Source of the DNA: the human T2T-CHM13v2.0 reference genome, Homo sapiens | Length of the DNA: 64,000 nt | Strand: one strand, 5' to 3' | Assembly (NCBI RefSeq): GCF_009914755.1 | Contig: NC_060947.1 | In this document: positions 57,128 through 64,000 of the stretch, piece by piece | Layout of the letters: each line of letters starts with the position of its first letter | How positions within the stretch are numbered: the first letter of the stretch is position 1 | Made by a program: the position numbers and the translations under genes | The notes under the pieces: generated by a model | What the model saw: the letters and a program-made list of their open reading frames with translations, nothing else | The model's database searches: none | Told to the model about the DNA's origin: nothing

Positions 57128-57962
57128 TCCCCATTACCCTATCTTATCATATATAGTTAGTTATCATATATAGGCATAATCTTAATAAATATCCTCTACT
57201 CTGGATTATCCCAACAGCCTTATGGAATGTTAATCTGACTTCAGCATTTTTTTTTTTAACCACTGTTATACATACCATTGGAATACCACTTTTATTTCAT
57301 TACCAACCTGCTGAAAGAACTACAGTGGCTCCCAAATGCCTACCACATTGAAGCCAAATACCTCCATCTGGCTTCCCAAATTTTCAGTATGATCCAACTC
57401 CACTCAATCCAATTCAATTTCCCATAACTAACTCCACTGGGTGAGAAAAAACTCAGCCTTAGTGGGGCAAGTATCCTCACTTCTACCCTACAATGTCATG
57501 CCCATTACTGTCTCTTTGGCTTTGCTTCTGATTCTCCTTCTATAATGCAACCCTTCCTACTCTTCCCCTTCAGATGATTATTCAATCTAAGCTTCATCCT
57601 TCAGGATCCATGTTGAGTTCCACTCCCTCCACATCTTCCATAAACTCTTCCCCAAGGACCCCAGTCCTTATTATTTTCTTTTATCTTCAACTCCTTTTAT
57701 CTTTCTTACTTTCATTACCATGCAGTTGAGTACTTAACTGCTCTCCAAATGTTCAAGAATTTTAGTTTTATCTCCACAGCTAATCTTCTGGATCCTTACA
57801 CTTCCTATCTCCATAGCACCCAGCAAAGATGCTGGGTATATTGAAGACAGTTGATATTTTTAGATCAATTGCTTGAAATGACTAAAACTAACAGTTCAAC
57901 TAAGGAGACTCCCTTTTACTGGGTCAGATATATAAAATAAGTATACAAAAATAGAACTTTCT

Positions 57963-58185
57963 AGAGTTGGGATTGGCAAACTAGGGCCAAATATGGCCTG
58001 CTGCCTGTTTTTGTAAATAATGTTTTATTGGAAAGCAGCCACATTCCTTCATTTATTCATGATCTGTAGCTGGTTTTGTACTACAGTGGCAGAGTTGAAT
58101 AATTGAAACAGGGACCTTATAGTCTTCAAAGCCTAAAATCTTTACCATCTGTCTCTTTTCAGAAAAAGTTTGCTAACCCCTGCTC
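57963..58185. mobile_element. MER58A-like MITE
   Basis: gggattggcaaactagggccaaat...aaagtttgctaacccctg. Confidence 0.75.
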
Positions 58186-59416
58186 TAGAGGACAAAGTAT
58201 AGTGATCTATCAATCAGTTCTTACTATTTACATCCTAGCCCACAATATCTCTTTGTAGATAAAATAAACTAATTGATTGATAGTGAAGTTACTTATAATT
58301 CTGAAATGTTTCCAGATATAATACCAAACTAAACTATAGCTGACTGATTTATTGTAAACTAAAGAGATAGATAGATAGATTTAGGGGGGAAAAGTGGAAA
58401 GCTATTTTATATCTTATATCACTAGTGAGAAATTTATCTTGGAGCTTTTCCCACTGACAGAATGAAGAGATTTTTCAGTCTTTTGCACTTTAAAGTAAGT
58501 CTGCTTATAAGGAGTAAAATTACTTTCCCTCCTGGGAAGGTACTAAGAAAACAGTAGCAGGCATAATGTGTTTTCAGAAGTCTCTTAAGTGATATATTAA
58601 GCAAAGACAATACTATATTAGAGTATAAGAATATAGGAAGAAATAAGAAATGAGGTAAAATCAAATGCCAGAAACAACTTCATATTAGCCAGCTTCTGAG
58701 GAAATCAAGGGATCGCATTACAAAACATCATCTTCAAAGTCAAATTCAGAACCACTGTGACTGGTGGTTTATCTTCATCAAAAGCAACAACATCATATCA
58801 CCTTTCCTGCTTTCTATGTCCCTGTAGTTGCTGTGACCTCTCATTTTTCTCAGATATTCTTCTAATCCTTCTACTTCTTTCCATTCTATTTTCTACTTAT
58901 TTAGTGGACATCCATTGAGAACCTTCCTGGTATCTATAAATAATCTAACTAGCCTCTAATTTCTTCCTTCCACTATACACCCCTGCCAGATAAATCTTTT
59001 TCAAAATCTGGGTTTTATTATTTTCCTACTCAAGAATGACTTTTAAATATAGTTTAAACGCTCTGACCAACTGCTCAGGACTTCAGAAATCTGACACTGT
59101 CCTTCCTCTCCCACTGCTGCCCGTTAGGCATCATATACTCCAGCCTAGCTGAATGTCTGGTTCTCTTTCCCCTCAAACATGTCTTTGTTCCCATTTCCCC
59201 CTCCACTTAGAATATTTTTTTCCATATTTATGTGTCCTAGTTCAATTCACACTTGAAGACCATATCATACCTCAAGTCATATGGCAAGTCAGGATTAAAG
59301 TAAGTAAGTTATGCTGCAGAAACAACACGACAAAGTTTATTTCTTGTTCACTCTCCATGTCCAACATGAGTCAGCAGTGGGGCTCTTGTAGTTTTTCATC
59401 AAGAAGTTGGGTTTTG

Positions 59417-59554
59417 GGCCGGGCATGGCCTGTAATCCCAGCACTTTGGGAGGCCGAGGCGGGTGGATTGCCTGAGGTGAGGAGTTAGTTAGTTTGAGAC
59501 CAGCCTGGCCAACATGGCAAAACCCCATCTCTACTAAAAAAATACAAAAATTAG
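59417..59554 (+). mobile_element. AluS left arm, cut at its linker by the L1 insertion
   Basis: Ends ...ctactaaaaaaatacaaaaattag and joins the L1 5' end directly. Confidence 0.9.
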
Positions 59555-62500
59555 GCAAGATGGCTTAATAGGAACAGCTCTGGTCTGCAGCTCCCAGCAG
59601 GATTGACACAGAAGGCGGGTGATTTCTGCATTTCCAACTGAGGTACCCGGTTCATCTCACTGGGACTGGTTGGACAGTGGGTGCAGCCCACGGAGGGTGA
59701 GCCAAAGCAGGGTGGGACGTCACTTCACCCGGGAAGCACAAGGGGTTGGGGGATTTCCTGTTCCTAGCCAAGGGAAGCCATGAGAGACTTTACCAGGAGG
59801 AACAGTGCACTCCAGCCCAGCTACTGCGCATTTCCCACAGTCTTCGCAACTGGCAGACCAGGAGATTCCTTACAGTACCGGGCTCGGTGCATCCCACCCC
59901 CATGGAGCCCAGCAAGCTGAGATCCACTGGCTTGAAATTGTCACTGCTAGCACAGCAGTCTGAAGTTGACCTGGGATGCTTAAGCTTGGAGTTGGGAGGG
60001 GCATCCGCCATTGCTGAGGCTTGAGTAGGCTGTTTTACCCTCACAGTGTAAACAAAGCCACTGGGAAGTTTGAACTAGGTAGAGCCCACAGCAGTTCAGC
60101 AAGGCCACTGTGACCAGACTGCCTCTCTAGGCAGAGCATCTCTGAAAAGCAGCAGCCCCAGTCAGGGAATTATAGGTAAAACCCCCATCTCCCTGGGACA
60201 GAGCATCTAGGGGAAGGGGCAGCTGTGGGCACAGCTTCAGCAGACTTAAACGTCCCTGCCTGACAGCCAGCACAGCGGTCGAGCTCTGCTAAGGGTCAGA
60301 CTGCCTCCTCAAGTGGGTCCCGGACCCCCGTGTATCCTGGCTGGGAGATACCTCCCAGTAAGGGCTGACAAACATCTCATACAGGAGAGCTCTCACTAGC
60401 ATCTGGCAGGTGCCCCTCTGTGGACAAAGCTTCCAGAGGAAGGAACAGGCAGCAATCTTTGCTCTTCTGTGTAGACTTCACTGGTGATACCTAGCCAAAC
60501 AGGGTCTGGAGAGGACCTCCAGCAAACTCCAGCAGACCTACAGCAGAGGAGCCCTGAGTTAGAAGGAAAACTGACAAACAAACAGAAAGGAATAGTAGCA
60601 ACATCAACAAAAAGGATGTCCGATCAGAGACCATATCCGAAGGTCACCAGCATCAAAGACCAAAGGTAGATAAATCCACGAGGATGGGGAGAAACCAGTG
60701 CAAAAAGGCTGAAAACTCCAAAACCCAGAACGCCTCTTCTCCTTCAAAGGATCACAACTCCTCGCCAGCAAGGGAACAAAACTGGACGGAGAAAGAATGA
60801 TTTTGATGAATTGACAGAAGTAGGCTTCAGAAGGCGGGTGACAACAGACTCCTCCGAGGTAAAGGAGCATGTTCTAACCCATTGCAAGGAAGCTAAGAAC
60901 CTTGAAAACAGGTTAGAGGAACTGCTAACTAGAATAACCAGTTTAGAGGAGAACATAAATGACTTGATGGAGCTGAAAAACACAGCACGAGAACTTTGTG
61001 AAGCATACACAAGTATCAATAGCCGAACTGATCAAGCGGAAGAAAGGATATCAGAGATTGAAGATCAACTCAATGAAATAAAGTGAGAAGACAAGATTAG
61101 AGAAAAAAGAGTTAAAAGAAATGAACAAAGCCTCCAAGAAATATGGGACTCTGTGAAAAGACCAAATCTACATTTGATGGGTGTACCTGAAAGTGACGGG
61201 GAGAATGGAACCAAGTTGGAAAACACTCTTCAGGATATTATCCAGGAGAACGTCCCCAACCTAACAAGGCAGGCCAACATTCAAATTCAGGAAATACAGA
61301 GAACACCGCAAAAATATTCCTCGAAAAGAGCAACCCAAGACATATAATCATCAGATTTACCAAGGTTGAAATGAAGGAAAAAAGGTTAAGGGGAGCCAGA
61401 GAGAAAGGTCGGGTTACCCACAAAGGGATGCCCATCAGACTAACAAAGGATATTTCGGCAGAAACCCTACAAGCCAGAAGAGAGAGGGGGCAAGTATTCA
61501 ACAATTTCAAAGAAAAGAATTTTCAACCCACAATTTCATATCCAGCCAAACTAAGCTTCATAAGCAAAGGAGAAATAAAATCCTTTACAGACAAGCAAAG
61601 GCTGAGAGATTTTGTCACCACCAGGCCTGCCTTACAAGAGCTCCGCAAAGAAGCACTGAACACAGAAAGGAACAACTGGTACCAGCCACTGAAAAACACC
61701 AAATTGTAAAGACCATCAACACTATGAAGAAACTGCATCAACTAATGGGCAAAATATCCAGGTAGCAGCATAATGACAGGATCAAATTCACACATAACAA
61801 TATTGACCTTAAATGTAAAGGGGCTAAATGCCCCAATTAAAAGACACAGACTGGCAAATTGGATAAAGAGTCAAGACCCATCAGTGTGCTGTATTCAGGA
61901 AACCCATCTCACTTGCAGAGACACACATAGACTCAAAATAAAGGGATGGAGGAAGATCTACCAAGCAAATGGAAAGCAAAAAACAAAAACAAACAAAAAA
62001 AAAACAGAGGTTGCAATCCTAGTCTCTGATAAAACAGACTTTAATCCAACAAAGATCAAAAGAGACAAAGAAAGAAGAGCATTACATAATGGTAAAGGGG
62101 TCAATGCAGCATGAAGAGCTAACTATCCTAAATATATATGCACCCAATACAGGAGTACCCAGATTCATAAAGCAAGTTCTCAGAGACCTACAAAGAGACT
62201 TAGATTCCCAAACAGTAACAGTGGGAGACTTTAACACCCCACTGTCAACACTACTGCCAACACTAGACAGATTGAGACAAAATTAATTAACAAGGATATC
62301 CAGGGCTTGAACTCAGCTCTGGACCAAGTGGACCTAACAGGCATCTACAGAACTGTCCATCCCAAATCAAATCAACAGAATATACATTCTTCTCAGCACC
62401 ACATCACACTTATTCCAAAATTGACCACATAGTTGGAGGTAAAACACTTCTCAGCAAATGCAAAAGAATGAAAATCATAACAAACAGTCTCTCAGACCAC

Positions 62501-64000
62501 AGTGCAAACAAATTAGAACTCAGGATTAAGAAACTCACTCAAAACTCCCCAACTACATGGAAACTGAACAACCTGCACCTGAATGACTATTAGGTAAATA
62601 ACAAAATGAAGGCAGAAATAAAGATGTTCTTTGAAACTAACGAGAACAAAGACACAACGTACCTGAATCTCTGGGACACATTTAAAGCAGTGTGTAGAAA
62701 GAAATTTATAACACTAAATGCCCACAAGAGAAAGCAGGAAAGATCTAAAATTGACACCCTAACATCACAATTAAAAGTACTAGAGAAGCAAGAGCAAACA
62801 AATTCAAAAGCCAGCAGAAAACAAGAAATAACTAAGATCAGAGCAGAACGGAAGGAGATAGAGACATGAAAAACCCTTCAAAACATCAATGGATCCAGGA
62901 GCTGGCTTTTCAAAAAGATCAACAAAATAGACCACTAGCCAGACTAATAAAGAATAAAAGAGGGAAGAATGAAATAGACGCAATAAAAAATGATAAAGGC
63001 GACATCACCACCGATCCCACAGAAATACAGTCTACCATCAGAGAATACTATAAACACCTCTATGCAAATAAACTAGAAAATCTAGAAGAAATGGATAAAT
63101 TCCTGGGCACATACACCCTCCCAAGACTAAACCAGGCAGAAGTTGAATCCCTGAATAGACCAATAACAAGTTCTGAAATTGAGGTAGCAATTAATAGCCT
63201 ACTAACCAAAAAAAAGTTGTTGAGGACCAGACAGGTTCACAGCCGAATTCGACCAGAGGTACAAAGAGGAGCTGGCACCATTCCTTCTGAAACTATTCCA
63301 AACAATAGAAAGAGAGGGAACCCTTCCTAACTCATTTTATGAGGCCAGCGTGATCCTGATACCAAAACCTGGCAGAGACACAACAAAAAAAGAGAATTTT
63401 AGACCAATATCCCTGATGAACATCAAGGCAAAAATCCTCAGTAAGATATTGGCAAACTGAATCCAGTGGCACATCAAAAAGCTTATCCACCACAACCAAG
63501 TTGGCTTCATACCTGGGATGCAAGGCTGGTTCAACATATGCAAATCAATAAACATAATCCATCACATACACAGAACCAATGACAAAAACCACACGATTAT
63601 TTCAATAGATGCAGAAAAGGCATTTGACAAAATTCAACACCCCTTGATGCTAAAAACTCTCAATAAACTAGGTATCGATGGAACGTATCTCAAAATAATA
63701 AGAGCTATTTATGACAAACCCACAGCCAATATCATACTGATTGGGCAAAAACTGGAAGCATTCCCTTTGAAAACCAGCACAAGACAAGGATGCCCTCTCT
63801 CACCACTCCTATTCAACATAGTGTTGGAAGTTCTGGCCAGGGCAATCAGGCAAGAGAAATAAAGGGTATTCAAATAGGAAGAAAGGAAGTCAGATTGTCT
63901 CTGTTTGCAGATGACATGATGGATTGTATATTAAGAAAACCCCATCGTCTCAGCCCAAAATCTCCTTAAGCTGATAAGCAACTTCAGCAAAGTCTCAGGA
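59555..64000 (+). mobile_element. L1PA (about L1PA7 age) with complete 5' end, running off the window; ORF1 60684-61709 and ORF2 from 61773 both disrupted
   Basis: gcaagatggcttaataggaacagctc 5' start; MTGSNSHITILTLNV ORF2 start; RT-domain fragments. Confidence 0.97.

Noticed and set aside
50133-64000. Active or protein-coding L1s, or a novel reverse-transcriptase system
   Set aside because: ORF1 and ORF2 of both copies have many frameshifts and stops; they are ordinary dead L1PA copies.

Overview
Primate (most likely human, Xp22) genomic DNA from the 3' half of PHEX, an M13/neprilysin-family zinc metalloendopeptidase, on the + strand. Six GT-AG-bounded coding exons (15-20 by the usual numbering, recalled) splice into one open frame containing the HEFTH and ENIADNGG zinc motifs. 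The rest is intronic and repeat-rich: Alu, L1, MaLR/ERVL LTRs, MER DNA transposons and MIR/L2. I see no credible new gene system. The most unusual signals are structural: (1) a head-to-head pair of long L1PA elements that inserted independently but share non-consensus changes, suggesting gene conversion; (2) an L1 3' transduction with TSD, poly(A) signal and tail; (3) a tandem array of perfect 20-bp palindromes; (4) a ~70-bp insertion copied from 2.2 kb upstream; (5) an AT-rich fold-back inside a MIR; (6) an antisense exon covering PHEX exon 20 and several latent splice sites. Repeat subfamily names and most repeat edges are by-eye estimates.
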